Shown: positions 41,258 to 51,647 of the stretch, piece after piece
Layout of the letters: the number at the start of each line of letters is the position of its first letter
How positions within the stretch are numbered: position 1 is the stretch's first letter
From: Candidatus Kaiserbacteria bacterium
Lineage (GTDB): Bacteria > Patescibacteriota > Minisyncoccia > Phycocordibacterales > Phycocordibacteraceae
DNA: 63,334 bases
Direction of reading: 5' to 3'
NCBI GenBank assembly: GCA_963813065.1
Contig: CAWEXP010000002.1
Span: forward strand, 1 to 63,334
Program-made: the position numbers and the translations under genes
Notes under the pieces: model-generated
Database searches by the model: none
Told to the model about the DNA's origin: nothing
Seen by the model: only the letters and a program-made list of their open reading frames with translations

Positions 41258-42244
41258 TTAGACCAATTGGGACGGCAGATTTCCTTGCACGAAGTCGCGG
41301 ATGATTCGGGTCTCGTGTGTGACGAAATGGTCAGGGCGCGCATTATGTAAATCATAGTGATAGTGCTCAAGCCATGTGGAGCCCACGGTGTGATGCAGAC
41401 GCGTGCGCAGACCCTCAACAAGCTCATCCTTCCCTATCGGATAGGACGATTGGTATCCGGCGAGAATAGCTCGGGCAGATGCTATGCCCGACGATTCCTG
41501 ATAGTCACTTGAGAAACTAATGTAGAGCAGAGCTCGTGCGAGCTCATAGGCTCGCGGTGCGATCTGTGCTTTTTCCCAATCGCACACACCAATAATTTCT
41601 CGCGTGCGGCCATTGATGAGCAGGTTGCCCGCGTGATAATCGCCGTGGATCAATGTATCGTTCGCGAGCGCGGTCTCGAGACGCACGTTCGGCAAGAGTT
41701 CGAGTTTGAGATTGATATATATGAGAAAATCGTCATCAATCGACTCTCGACGCGACAACGCGAGTATATGCTTTTTCTTTTCTTCAAGAATCTGGCGAAT
41801 GTCGGCTTTGGCCGTCAGCTTGAATTGCCGCTGAGTGAGTAGGTCTGGAATATCCTGACTCCCCGCACGATGAATGTCGCCTAAGAGTACTCCCATGCGT
41901 TGATAATCCTCGAGCGAGTACTGATGCGAACGATCGCTTTCGATAAAGGCGTATACCGAATACGCTTTGCCATCATAGATAACGAACGGCTCATGCGCGG
42001 ATGTTTCGAGCATGCAGATGGCGGGGATGCCGCGCTCGAACATGAGTCGTTCAACGACTGCCGTGACATTTAGTTTTTCAATAGCCTTCTCGCGAATCTG
42101 TTTGATGAAATATTTTCCAACCGTCGTGACGAGGATGTAGTTTTTATTCAACACTCCCTCGTCGCTCTCGACTATCGAGATGACGGCACCGAGATGGAAA
42201 TCACGACACAGCCTCTCCAAATGCGCAGGGTCCATGGGTGACAT
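41258..42244 (-). CDS. Aminoglycoside phosphotransferase / homoserine kinase type II-like protein
   Basis: GVLNKNY, YFIK, IHGDYHAGNLL, VCDWE. Confidence 0.85.
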   Translation of the reverse strand: MSPMDPAHLERLCRDFHLGAVISIVESDEGVLNKNYILVTTVGKYFIKQIREKAIEKLNVTAVVERLMFERGIPAICMLETSAHEPFVIYDGKAYSVYAFIESDRSHQYSLEDYQRMGVLLGDIHRAGSQDIPDLLTQRQFKLTAKADIRQILEEKKKHILALSRRESIDDDFLIYINLKLELLPNVRLETALANDTLIHGDYHAGNLLINGRTREIIGVCDWEKAQIAPRAYELARALLYISFSSDYQESSGIASARAILAGYQSSYPIGKDELVEGLRTRLHHTVGSTWLEHYHYDLHNARPDHFVTHETRIIRDFVQGNLPSQLV

Positions 42245-42255
42245 AATAGCAATAG

Positions 42256-42281
42256 AAAAGCCCCGGATTTCTCCGGGGCTA
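42256..42281 (-). terminator. Terminator after pncB
   Basis: AGCCCCGGA-loop-TCCGGGGCT with a T-tract on the minus strand. Confidence 0.65.
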
Positions 42282-42306
42282 AGCGATAGAAGCTACGCAA
42301 CTGAAC

Positions 42307-43689
42307 TTACACGATGACCTGCTGTGCAACACGGCCACTGTGACCGAAAATTCGCAGGTAACGTTCCACTTCGCCCTTGGGGCCAGTGGCCTTATTGATG
42401 TTGTTTGAGAGCTTCACCGCAGGACGACCATTCGCAGCAGATACTTTACAAACGAATGAATGACCCGTGAGAGCTTGATCCCACGTGATATCTAGGGGCT
42501 TGCCGTTCACAACCGCAAACTCATTCCCACGCGGATGACAGCCATCGAAGTCGTTCGATTCTTTGGTGCCCCAGCCATTTGAGATGCTGATGCGACCATT
42601 GAATTCCGTATCGTATTCGAGCATTGGCTCAACATCGAGTCCGTCAGACGGGATGTAGAGCTTCGTCTTCGGGTCGACGCGGTATTTGCTCAACCAACGC
42701 AAGTAACGATTCGTCTCATCAGCAACGATGCCCGAATCGCCGCGTTCGCCGCGCCACTCATGGGCGACACGCTCAGCGAGATCCTTTGGCATCCCCTCAT
42801 AGAATTGGGCGCTGCCGTAGGTGTCGGGGAGCGTGATGAGAAGAGCTCGCATTTTCGGACTTGCGTAGCACTCCTGCCATTTACGTAGTACATCGTACTG
42901 CGCCTCGCGCTTCTCCTCGTCTATATCCGCAAGTGCGGTCAAGACCATAGGAAGTTCGTGCGCGCTCGTGCCGATTGGGACGAGGTCTTGGTTGAATGCC
43001 AGCCAGGCGTTACTCGTGCCGGTGAACTGACTACCCATGACCTCCTTCGCCATTTCGACAACAAACTTCTGCCAGAGGAAACTGTGCCGTCGCCGCAAAC
43101 CGAAGTCGGCGAAACGGACCGTGCCACGTTCTTTGAGACGCTTGAACTTGCGATAGATTTTGTCCATCGCGCGTGCATAGAGAATGCGCAGTTCCGTCTC
43201 ACCTGCCTTGCCGGTTTCCGCCATACTGCGAAGCAGTTTGCGGTAGAGCAATTCGGAGAGAACGGCGAGAAAAACAATTTCCCACCACGTTACCAATTCC
43301 CACGGACCTTTTGACTCGAAACGATACTGTCTGCCGACACGCTCGAGTGTATACGGCGGGAGTTGAAGCCCGCCCAAGAACTCGAGGAAATCGCCTGACA
43401 ACATTGCTTCGCCATACACATCCATACCGCGCAGATACGAGAGGTCTGTACGGCGGAAACGAAGCGAACGCGCATGATCAAGTTCGGTACGCAATTCGTC
43501 CTCATCGACGATGTCGGCGACTGGAATATGCGTATGCCGATTGATGAAGCTGAAGGTAACGTCTACTCCCCGATAGTATCGGTAGATGAAATTACCCATC
43601 GTGAACTTGTAGAAGTCCGTGTCCATAAGAGATCGAATGATCCTGTCGGATGCATTCGGGCGTAGGACATTCCCCACGAAGTCGGTCAT
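42307..43689 (-). CDS. pncB: Nicotinate phosphoribosyltransferase
   Basis: DTDFYKFTM, ADFGLRRR, GTSN, GTSAHE, PDTYG, RGDSG, SDGLD, GWGT. Confidence 0.92.
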   Translation of the reverse strand: MTDFVGNVLRPNASDRIIRSLMDTDFYKFTMGNFIYRYYRGVDVTFSFINRHTHIPVADIVDEDELRTELDHARSLRFRRTDLSYLRGMDVYGEAMLSGDFLEFLGGLQLPPYTLERVGRQYRFESKGPWELVTWWEIVFLAVLSELLYRKLLRSMAETGKAGETELRILYARAMDKIYRKFKRLKERGTVRFADFGLRRRHSFLWQKFVVEMAKEVMGSQFTGTSNAWLAFNQDLVPIGTSAHELPMVLTALADIDEEKREAQYDVLRKWQECYASPKMRALLITLPDTYGSAQFYEGMPKDLAERVAHEWRGERGDSGIVADETNRYLRWLSKYRVDPKTKLYIPSDGLDVEPMLEYDTEFNGRISISNGWGTKESNDFDGCHPRGNEFAVVNGKPLDITWDQALTGHSFVCKVSAANGRPAVKLSNNINKATGPKGEVERYLRIFGHSGRVAQQVIV

Positions 43690-44432
43690 GAGTTCCTCCT
43701 GAAGAGTGAAGAGATGCTGAACGGTTTTTCGTAGCCGTAGAGCTTGTCACGCTTGATGATAGCGGCGACTGCGGGGGCAACGAGATGCTCCCAGGGTTGC
43801 CGCTTCGCTATTGCGTCGCGAATCGTGGTGCTCTCGCCCGAGAGATTCTCGGGGTCGAGCATTTCGTGATGCGGCGGCAATTTCTTGGGTGTGTAGCCTT
43901 CACGCGGGAGGATAAGGAAGCGCCCATGTTTCCATAGATCACTTCCCTGGTCCCAGTCCCGGATGCCATCGACATTGTCGGCGCCGATGACGTGCCAGAT
44001 TTCCGTCAGCACCGCAGGCGAGGACAGGACGATGAGATATTCCTCACGCCAGTCAGTCCTGGGATTGTTGGCCAGTTGCGCCTGCATCGAGTAGGTCGAG
44101 GTGTAGCCACAACCTGGATAATCCAGATCGTGCGTTTCCACCTTAATGTCATGCACCACGTCGCCGAGGCCCGCGAAGAGCATTTCTTTGCGCGCCGCGG
44201 CTGGAGCGACTTGTTGCTTAGCACTGTAGGGCCCGACAGGCCATATCACGATCTCGACCGGTAGCGATGGATCTTGTTGCAGAAGCGACGACTTAATCGG
44301 TTGCAGAACATCGGTGATAATTCTCCGATGATGCGGGGCGAATGGGTCGAAGCTACCAGCGAACACAAACGTTCTCTTGAAGAGCGTCGGCTTGTTAGCG
44401 TCAATCTTTTGAGCAACAGATGCGAGTTCCAT
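43686..44432 (-). CDS. nadD: NadD-like nicotinate-mononucleotide adenylyltransferase (variant signature)
   Basis: FAGSFDP followed by APHH in place of HxGH; IGADN; ESTTIR; stop overlaps the pncB start. Confidence 0.7.
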   Translation of the reverse strand: MELASVAQKIDANKPTLFKRTFVFAGSFDPFAPHHRRIITDVLQPIKSSLLQQDPSLPVEIVIWPVGPYSAKQQVAPAAARKEMLFAGLGDVVHDIKVETHDLDYPGCGYTSTYSMQAQLANNPRTDWREEYLIVLSSPAVLTEIWHVIGADNVDGIRDWDQGSDLWKHGRFLILPREGYTPKKLPPHHEMLDPENLSGESTTIRDAIAKRQPWEHLVAPAVAAIIKRDKLYGYEKPFSISSLFRRNS

Positions 44433-44592
44433 AGGAACCTCTCTTTCTAAGTTGCGTAGTGTAAAGAACGACTGTTTCCATCGAAACAGTGAGCTGGGCC
44501 GAGACTCATCGGCGCAATTCACTATTTCCGATCCACGGATCGGAAGAAGGGTGGCGAGGGCGCGAACGCCCTCGCCGATAAGAACAAAAAGA

Positions 44593-46557
44593 TCAGTTGA
44601 GTGTCGATATCTCGGCGATTGAATCCTCCATCCACTCGGGGGATTGCACCACCGGCAGTTGGAGCGCCCGTTCACGATCGAGATCAAGTCCACCCTGGTG
44701 CACCGTCTCCGGTGATTGAACCCATTTGTAGATTGAAGCAAAGAACAGGGTGAGAAACCTCTTCACCCACACCTTGAGTCGTGCCGAATCGGCGCCGATG
44801 GTGGCGAGACGTTCGTCGGGCCATGCAGAGCGTATGACTCGATAGAGATCCGCCGGCGCGAGCTTCTCTCCTACGAAATGGAGGAAGCATGCATCGAGGA
44901 CTTCATACGGCATGAGGTCGTCTTCGTCGAACTGGTCTTTTGCCAACTCGGCGGAGGCGCGTTGCGCGAGGAGCTCGGTGATTGGCCCGAGGGGATATTT
45001 CTTCCCGAAATGCGCAATCATAAGCGGCACAACCGTCTTCGGTGTATTCCCGATGAGCGAGTAGCCGCCCATGAGGTCACCGCCGATGGTGGTGTAGCCC
45101 ACGGCCTTTTCCGACATGTTGCCGGTCTGGAGCCAGAGGCCCTTGGTCGCATTCGAGAGATTCCACATCCGCATGCCGCGGATGCGCGCTTGTATATTGC
45201 CGAGTGTCGTGCGATCGCACGCGACGCCAGTAAGATGCATCAGCGCCGCAGTCTCTCGCTCGAACGCTTCTTGGATCGACTCTTCGTGGAATGCCACACC
45301 GAGTTCTTCCGCCAAGCTCCGCGCAATGTCTTTGGTGCCGCTTGAGTTGAACTCGGTCGGCATCGAGACACACGTGATGAACGAACGAATCGCCGCACTC
45401 TGCTCTGCCTCCGGCAAATAGGCGAAGCGCCGCTTGGCGTAGAGCCAGGCCTGCATGAGCGTGAGCGCAGAATCCTTGCCGCCCGAGAGGGCGATGAGGA
45501 TTCCTTTGAACACGTTCCCGCCACCAGTCTTCTCCATATATCCGCCGAGCCCCATCACTGCGGACTCGAAGAGGTCATCGAGTGCCGCATCTCGCGGGTC
45601 CGTTGCAGGAACTGCGAGCGGGTCCGGGAGAAATAAGTTCTGCGGAGCTTTTCGAACGGGCGCACGATTCTCCCCTACGGGGCCGTGCGAGATTGCGATG
45701 TACCGAGCCTGCGCATTAGGCTGGCTCGATTCGCGTAGCGTGCGCCAGGTCGTGTTCTCGTTGCGCAGACGAATCGTTTCGTCGAGATCGATATCGGCAT
45801 AGGCCACTCCCTCGCGCCAGCGCGGCGCTTCGAGAATTGGTTTACCATTCTGGTAGAAGAATCCACCGCCATCGAAGACGAGCGAGTCGTTGCCACCGAC
45901 TTGGTAAGCCGCGATCAGCACACATTCATTATCGGCCGAGCGTGTCCGGAGCATTTCGCGGCGTGTGTCGAGGACGCCCTGCCGGAATGGCGAAGCGTTG
46001 GTCACGACCTGCACGAGCGCGTTGCGCCGAGAGATGGGGCCGTTACCGACCCACGAGTCTTCGCAGACACACGTCGCCAAGGTGCCAAACGGACAATCGA
46101 AGATGAGATCACCGAAGGGGACGTGCGTGTCCCCGCATTCGACGAGCTCATACATCCCCGGCATCCCCGCTGAGAAGACACGCTTCTCATAGAAGACGCC
46201 GTAGGTCGGCAAGTGCTCCTTCGGTACGAAACCGAGGACGCGCCCGCGGCAGAGTACCGCATTGGCGTTGTATACGAGACCGTTTACCGCAACCGCCATA
46301 CCGAGGACGATAATCGCCGAGATATCTGCGGTTGCTTTCGCGAGCAGGAGCAATTGTTGCATCTGGCCCGAGACGAAGAGTCGCCACTGCAAGAGATCTT
46401 CGGCAGGATACCCGCCAATGACATTTTCTTGCGCGACAATCACGTCACATTTCGCACCAGCTAAGGTACGAATGCTCGAGAGGGTCTTCTGGGTATTGGT
46501 TGTGAATTGACCGACGGTGGTGTCCACCGAGATGACGCCCAAACGAATGGTTCGCAT
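44593..46557 (-). CDS. nadE: Glutamine-dependent NAD+ synthetase
   Basis: Nitrilase triad (QENVIGGYPAEDL, PKEHLP, VCEDSW); synthetase ALSGGKDS, NIQARIRG, TGNMSE..VGY. Confidence 0.95.
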   Translation of the reverse strand: MRTIRLGVISVDTTVGQFTTNTQKTLSSIRTLAGAKCDVIVAQENVIGGYPAEDLLQWRLFVSGQMQQLLLLAKATADISAIIVLGMAVAVNGLVYNANAVLCRGRVLGFVPKEHLPTYGVFYEKRVFSAGMPGMYELVECGDTHVPFGDLIFDCPFGTLATCVCEDSWVGNGPISRRNALVQVVTNASPFRQGVLDTRREMLRTRSADNECVLIAAYQVGGNDSLVFDGGGFFYQNGKPILEAPRWREGVAYADIDLDETIRLRNENTTWRTLRESSQPNAQARYIAISHGPVGENRAPVRKAPQNLFLPDPLAVPATDPRDAALDDLFESAVMGLGGYMEKTGGGNVFKGILIALSGGKDSALTLMQAWLYAKRRFAYLPEAEQSAAIRSFITCVSMPTEFNSSGTKDIARSLAEELGVAFHEESIQEAFERETAALMHLTGVACDRTTLGNIQARIRGMRMWNLSNATKGLWLQTGNMSEKAVGYTTIGGDLMGGYSLIGNTPKTVVPLMIAHFGKKYPLGPITELLAQRASAELAKDQFDEDDLMPYEVLDACFLHFVGEKLAPADLYRVIRSAWPDERLATIGADSARLKVWVKRFLTLFFASIYKWVQSPETVHQGGLDLDRERALQLPVVQSPEWMEDSIAEISTLN

Positions 46558-46575
46558 CGTTCTGTTCCCTTTCGT

Positions 46576-46650
46576 CAAAGAACTTTTTTCCTCAAGGAAC
46601 ACTCGACTCGTTCGAGCGCTCCAGAAAGGCGGGAATGCCGAAGCATTCCC
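46576..46650 (-). repeat. Structured intergenic leader, copy A (before nadE)
   Basis: Hairpin GGGAATGC-TTCG-GCATTCCC plus ~53 bp closely similar to 47684-47737. Confidence 0.75.
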
Positions 46651-46657
46651 GAAACAC

Positions 46658-47674
46658 TTATTTCGTTTCAGACCGATTCAAGAACAGGAGCTCGTCGGCG
46701 AGTTCGAGCATACGTTCACGTCCAATCAAGACCGACTGCCACTCCTGCGGGATGCCGCCGAGGCCGTAGCGTGCGCCGAGCAATCCGCCAGCAATCGCGC
46801 CATAGGTATCGGTATCGCCGCCGACCATGATTGCTTTGGTGAGACCATCGCGGAAATTGCCTGAGGTGAGTACCGCCCAGAGCGCGATACGCAAAGAGAG
46901 GATCACACTGCCGGTGTTGGGCCAGATTTCCTCTTCGCGCGGCTCGGAGGGTTCTATCGAGAGCACCGCCTCGAAACCCGGGCGCAGAGGGCCGTCCGGT
47001 GTCTTCTTCTCGAACTCGAGCAAGTCGCCCATCTTCCAACGCGTGGCGAACCACGCATCGACCGGTGATAAACCGGCAAGAAGATGATTGAGCATGACGG
47101 AGTACGCCATGCACGCCGCTTGCGCAGAGGGGTGCACATGCGTGATGCATGAGTGCCGTCGCGCAATGTCGACTATCTTGTCCAAGTCGCCGTAGTACCG
47201 CACGGGGACGGACGAACAGCACATCAAGCTCCCATTGCTCGGTATCACCGGCACGCGACCTTCGCGGAATACGATGAACGAATCGGCGTAGGTCGGCGCA
47301 CGAAGAGAAGCACGTAATGTCCCTCCTGAACCGTAGGCCTTCCCATTGGTCAAGAGCGAGCGACGCGGTTCGCCATTGTGGCCGTGAATGAATCCGCGTT
47401 TGCGGTGGTACATATCAACCGGGTCAAACTCGGGCGTCGACGCCAGACTCTCGGCGCCCCCGGCAGTCAATTCGGAATCATCGGTCGGTTGGCCAGCAGT
47501 GACGTACCGTTTCCATTTGAACGGCTCGAGATAATCGAAGGCGACGAGGCCACCACGGAATGCCATATTGGCCTCGATGGCGACACGGTGACGCGTCTCG
47601 TAGGGGGCGCCCAGCACATCGCCAGTGAGCGCGCCAACGAGCACGCCGCGAGCACTATTTTCAGTCAGAACCAT
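46658..47674 (-). CDS. ADP-ribosylglycohydrolase (DraG/ARH family)
   Basis: GDVLG, PTDDS, SNGSLM, ITH, GGDTDTYGAIAGGLLGA. Confidence 0.92.
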   Translation of the reverse strand: MVLTENSARGVLVGALTGDVLGAPYETRHRVAIEANMAFRGGLVAFDYLEPFKWKRYVTAGQPTDDSELTAGGAESLASTPEFDPVDMYHRKRGFIHGHNGEPRRSLLTNGKAYGSGGTLRASLRAPTYADSFIVFREGRVPVIPSNGSLMCCSSVPVRYYGDLDKIVDIARRHSCITHVHPSAQAACMAYSVMLNHLLAGLSPVDAWFATRWKMGDLLEFEKKTPDGPLRPGFEAVLSIEPSEPREEEIWPNTGSVILSLRIALWAVLTSGNFRDGLTKAIMVGGDTDTYGAIAGGLLGARYGLGGIPQEWQSVLIGRERMLELADELLFLNRSETK

Positions 47675-47683
47675 ATGTTTCTC

Positions 47684-47759
47684 CAAAGAACTGTTTTCCT
47701 TTAAGGACGTTCGACTCATTCGAGCGCCCTAGAAAAGGAGGTTTCCCTAAGGAAACCTC
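47684..47759 (-). repeat. Structured intergenic leader, copy B (before the ADP-ribosylglycohydrolase)
   Basis: Hairpin GAGGTTTCC-TTAG-GGAAACCTC plus ~54 bp closely similar to 46576-46628. Confidence 0.75.
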
Positions 47760-47787
47760 GAGTTGAAAGATCTAAGAACCCAGCGGC

Positions 47788-48600
47788 TTACGGCGTACCG
47801 AAGCCACCCATTGCAGTCTGACTGAACGCTTTGCCGCCCTGGCTCGCCCGCACCGCGGACTGCGAGAGCATGCCGAACGCTTTCCGGATGCCGGACGGCG
47901 AACTGTCGGGCGTGAGAATCCAGTCGTCCTGGATGCCCATGCTCTTGAATACCGCCGTGAAGTCGGTACCCTTGCGGATGATCCTTCCTTGGGCGTCTTT
48001 CTGGCTGTCGTCGATGCCCATACCGCTGATGATATGAGACTCGCTCATGAGCAGATCTCGCACGACCTTCTCGACGTCGGTCTCGTCGCACTTGTACGAG
48101 CCCTCGTCATGACCGTCGGTAATGATGCACGAGACGCCGCGACATGGAATACCGTTGTCGCGGAACTCTTGAGCCTTCGCCGCCACCGTCGCCAGGAACA
48201 AAACACCTTGGTCGTAGAGCGGCGTACCGCCGTTCGGATTATAATTCTGCGGCGTCATCCGCGGAGCGTCCTTGATGCGCACATACGGACAGAGGATCGT
48301 TCCGTTTAGGTAAGGGACATGGACGAGGATACTGTCTCGCTGTTTGGTCGCGAGCAGAGCATCCAGAATCCCGTTATAACCATCGCGGATATGTTGCGAA
48401 TTATTCCCGAACCTGATGGACGTAGAGTCGTCGACCAGGAGTGAGAACAACGTAACTTCACTGGACTGCACGTCTTCGGGCGAGATACCGAGTCCCGCCT
48501 GAATCTGCGCACCAAGATCTTCGACATCGACGACCGCCTGCGCTTGCGCACCGAGTGCACCGTTGGTGAAGAGACCTTGCACTGTTTGGGAGTTACCCAT
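47788..48600 (-). CDS. von Willebrand factor A (TerY-like) domain protein
   Basis: MIDAS motif DDSTS, GGTPLYD, ITDG. Confidence 0.8.
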   Translation of the reverse strand: MGNSQTVQGLFTNGALGAQAQAVVDVEDLGAQIQAGLGISPEDVQSSEVTLFSLLVDDSTSIRFGNNSQHIRDGYNGILDALLATKQRDSILVHVPYLNGTILCPYVRIKDAPRMTPQNYNPNGGTPLYDQGVLFLATVAAKAQEFRDNGIPCRGVSCIITDGHDEGSYKCDETDVEKVVRDLLMSESHIISGMGIDDSQKDAQGRIIRKGTDFTAVFKSMGIQDDWILTPDSSPSGIRKAFGMLSQSAVRASQGGKAFSQTAMGGFGTP

Positions 48601-48674
48601 GAACGTAATCCTTTCTAAGAGAAGTTGCAGGCGGCCGACCATCGGCCGCCTGCGTACACACGTGAGACACAAAC

Positions 48675-49730
48675 TTAGAGCTCAATGCCGGGCCATTCCT
48701 GGATCGGCGTCGTGCTCTTGACCACATGCATGCCGGCGTTTGCGAAGCTCGCGAGTGCCGCCTCCGCTTGTGGCGTGTAGTCGGCATAGAAACCGCCCTT
48801 GCCGTCGGGAACCGTCACCGAAGACATGCAGTCTTCCATGAGGTACACCTTCTCGGCAAGCTTCGGATCCTTCGCACTGATTTCCGCAAGCAGATCTTCG
48901 ATGGTGCTCTTGTCGCAGTGACTCGCCGCTTCTCCCTCGATGATGAGGTAGTCGGCCTCTAGAAGGTCGTTGATGAACCGCACGTTCTTCTGCGCGAGCG
49001 GCTTACCGTCCCAGCGGGTCAAGACTTCCGGCCGCAGGACCGAGTAGTTCTCGGTAAGCGGATGTCCGCCCTTGACCTCGCAGTCGGTCTGCGCCCCGCG
49101 AGCGAACGCGTGGAACATCCGTGCTTCGTGGAGGATGCCGACTAGTGCGTGACCCGCAGAGCCCAAGATGCAGTGAGGAGGCCAAACATAGAGCTTGTAT
49201 TTGCCCTCACGTTCGAGTTCACGGCAGTAGTGGAGCAGGTGTTGGCCGAGCCACAGGTAGTCGATGCCAAGCGCCGAGGCGACCAACATCGAAACTTGAA
49301 CGCGTCGCCGTTCTACATCTGCGACTGACACTTCTGTGTAGGCCGGCACCGGCGTCCCGTCGTCGTAGACCAAGAAGGCTGAGAAGAAGATCTGGTACGC
49401 GAAGTGCGTATCAAACGTAGCTTTGGTCTTGGTGATGATGCCCAGATTGCGATAGATGAACTCGGCGCTTCTGCGCGAGTCGTCAATCGCACCTTCGCCT
49501 GAACGTCCACCGACGTAGAGCGCACCACGCTTCATACAGAAGTCTTTCTGTCGATCGATGCTCAGCAGATAGACTTTCTTGCGGTCAGTCGAAGAGGCTT
49601 TGAGACCAAACCGCTTCCTCCAATCGAGAGCGGCGGCGAACAACGCTGCCTGGTTGGGATCGTAGTCCCAGTCTCCCGCATGCTTCGGATCGAAGAACGT
49701 GGGGAGTGGTAGTGCAGTCTTCGTAGTCAT
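48675..49730 (-). CDS. Nicotinamidase-like cysteine hydrolase (isochorismatase family)
   Basis: IDRQKDF, GALYV, DTH, WPPHC..GSAGH, VKG, ASHC. Confidence 0.85.
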   Translation of the reverse strand: MTTKTALPLPTFFDPKHAGDWDYDPNQAALFAAALDWRKRFGLKASSTDRKKVYLLSIDRQKDFCMKRGALYVGGRSGEGAIDDSRRSAEFIYRNLGIITKTKATFDTHFAYQIFFSAFLVYDDGTPVPAYTEVSVADVERRRVQVSMLVASALGIDYLWLGQHLLHYCRELEREGKYKLYVWPPHCILGSAGHALVGILHEARMFHAFARGAQTDCEVKGGHPLTENYSVLRPEVLTRWDGKPLAQKNVRFINDLLEADYLIIEGEAASHCDKSTIEDLLAEISAKDPKLAEKVYLMEDCMSSVTVPDGKGGFYADYTPQAEAALASFANAGMHVVKSTTPIQEWPGIEL

Positions 49731-49763
49731 GGTCTTTCCTTCCATGGTCGTGACCAGGATTGG

Positions 49764-51647
49764 TCATTTAAGAACGAGACGCCAGATATCGTGTTTACCG
49801 GCTACGTACAATCCCTTGTTGCCAAGGAATATGCGTGAGTCGGTATCCACGAACTGTGCGGTCGCGGGAAATTCTTTCACGACATTCAATTGAGTGCCGC
49901 CGAGTTCCACTCGGACGACACCATCGTCAGTCGCAGAAAGTAACAATCCGCCTGCCGCACACTTTCCTCGGATACTTCCGAGCCAACTGCCGTCTCCGGC
50001 GGTTGTCTCATGGCTCCCGAGATACACACCGTTGCCGTCGAGCACGTGGCAACGGTTTATTGTTTTGCCACCTTCACTCGTGGCGACAAAAAACCAAATT
50101 CGATCACTTCCGAAACAACACGTCGCGTCGACGAGTTGGCCGCGAATCGGCGGGAGAGTAACCGAATCATTGAGACCGGGATGGTTCGTATCGAACGCGA
50201 AGAAGACCGAAATCTCTCCTGCCCGATAGAAACCGAAGCCATGCTTCTCGCCGACCCAAAAGAGAGTCTGCGAGTTCAGCACGTCTCCCCAGCGCTCGGC
50301 ATAGTCAAAGCCGAGTTTGCCCACGCGCCACAAACCACCTCCGCGCGCGAAGAACACATTGGTACTATTCGCGTCGAAGATTGGTAAGAGCCCGCGGACA
50401 TCGGTCGAGAGTCGCTGGGTACCACCAGCATCGAACTGCACCGTCTGATCGGCACGCCCCAGGAGCGTTTTCGTACCGCTGATGCGGTAGCGAAGTTGCG
50501 CATCGAGAGCGCCCGCGATGATAGTGGCACCGCTCTCGCGCTTATACGAACCGTTGTCGTGATAGAGGTAACGAATCGTATCGCCTTCGAGAACTGCATA
50601 GAGAATCACACCGTCGGTATAGAACTCCTTGAAGGCGCTCACGCCTCCCGTGTGGATTTCCTTATGCATGGGCGGAGTGATCGTGGTGCACGAGGGACAC
50701 GAGGTCCGTGCATGCACCGCACCACATTTCGTGCAAGTGGTGAAGCGAAGATTTTCGATGAGTGCACGCGGTGGAATGCCGCGCTCATCCTTCTCGAACG
50801 TCCTTCGGAAGTGTTCCAGAAGAGTATCCGGCAATATATGATACGGCCGTGACGACTTCGGGCATTTCACTTCCGGATTGAAGATCGTGACTCGCTTGAG
50901 CGAGCGTCCGTCATACGGAATCCGCTTCTTCGGGTCCTTGGGGTTATGAACACCACCGTAGGGTCCGACCAGAAGTAGATTCTGCATGAGCATAACGTTG
51001 AACGCATACCAGTCAGAATTCGCGGTATGCGGTCTCACGAGAGTTGGCGTCTTCGCATTCGGATCGCAATTGAGCGGATCCACGAACTTCATCGTGAATG
51101 TCCGCGATAGGTACGGTCCGAACCCACCGCTATCGGCATCGATGATCCACGCCTTCCGGTCCTTTATAAGAACGTTCAGGTCGTTGAAGTCACTGATGAC
51201 GAAGTGCGATGAGTGGCGATGAGCCTCTTCGACGGTCTTGTGCAGGTCCACCAGCGTCTCGACGACGAAATCGTCGGGAATGCCGGTGTCGCGAAAGCTT
51301 TTCTCGCCATAGAGGTACAACACTTCACCCGAAACGAGTTCCATGCGATACCCGGCGATATTTCCTTTTGCGTCGAGCACCAAATCACGCGGGGATACCA
51401 CGCGAGCAGGAAGCCCGCGGGGAAAGTCGCGCAATTTCTTCTGATGTTCGGCGATGCGCTCTTTCGCCGCGGCGCGCGCCGCAATATCTTCCGGCCGAGT
51501 GCCGGCAAAATCTGCGTGCGTGGGCGGCTTGAAGATTTTGATGGCGAAACCGCCATCCTTGAAGATGTCTGCTTCGCCACCCTTCCCGACTGCGTCGTCG
51601 GGCCGTAGCCGAAGACGTTCTCCGTTTTCGAGGAAGTAATCAGGCAT
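49764..51647 (-). CDS. Ser/Thr protein kinase-like protein with Zn-ribbon and beta-rich C-terminal domain
   Basis: GKGGEADIF, AIKIF, ISDFNDLNVL, IIDADS; CTKC..CPSC. Confidence 0.85.
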   Translation of the reverse strand: MPDYFLENGERLRLRPDDAVGKGGEADIFKDGGFAIKIFKPPTHADFAGTRPEDIAARAAAKERIAEHQKKLRDFPRGLPARVVSPRDLVLDAKGNIAGYRMELVSGEVLYLYGEKSFRDTGIPDDFVVETLVDLHKTVEEAHRHSSHFVISDFNDLNVLIKDRKAWIIDADSGGFGPYLSRTFTMKFVDPLNCDPNAKTPTLVRPHTANSDWYAFNVMLMQNLLLVGPYGGVHNPKDPKKRIPYDGRSLKRVTIFNPEVKCPKSSRPYHILPDTLLEHFRRTFEKDERGIPPRALIENLRFTTCTKCGAVHARTSCPSCTTITPPMHKEIHTGGVSAFKEFYTDGVILYAVLEGDTIRYLYHDNGSYKRESGATIIAGALDAQLRYRISGTKTLLGRADQTVQFDAGGTQRLSTDVRGLLPIFDANSTNVFFARGGGLWRVGKLGFDYAERWGDVLNSQTLFWVGEKHGFGFYRAGEISVFFAFDTNHPGLNDSVTLPPIRGQLVDATCCFGSDRIWFFVATSEGGKTINRCHVLDGNGVYLGSHETTAGDGSWLGSIRGKCAAGGLLLSATDDGVVRVELGGTQLNVVKEFPATAQFVDTDSRIFLGNKGLYVAGKHDIWRLVLK

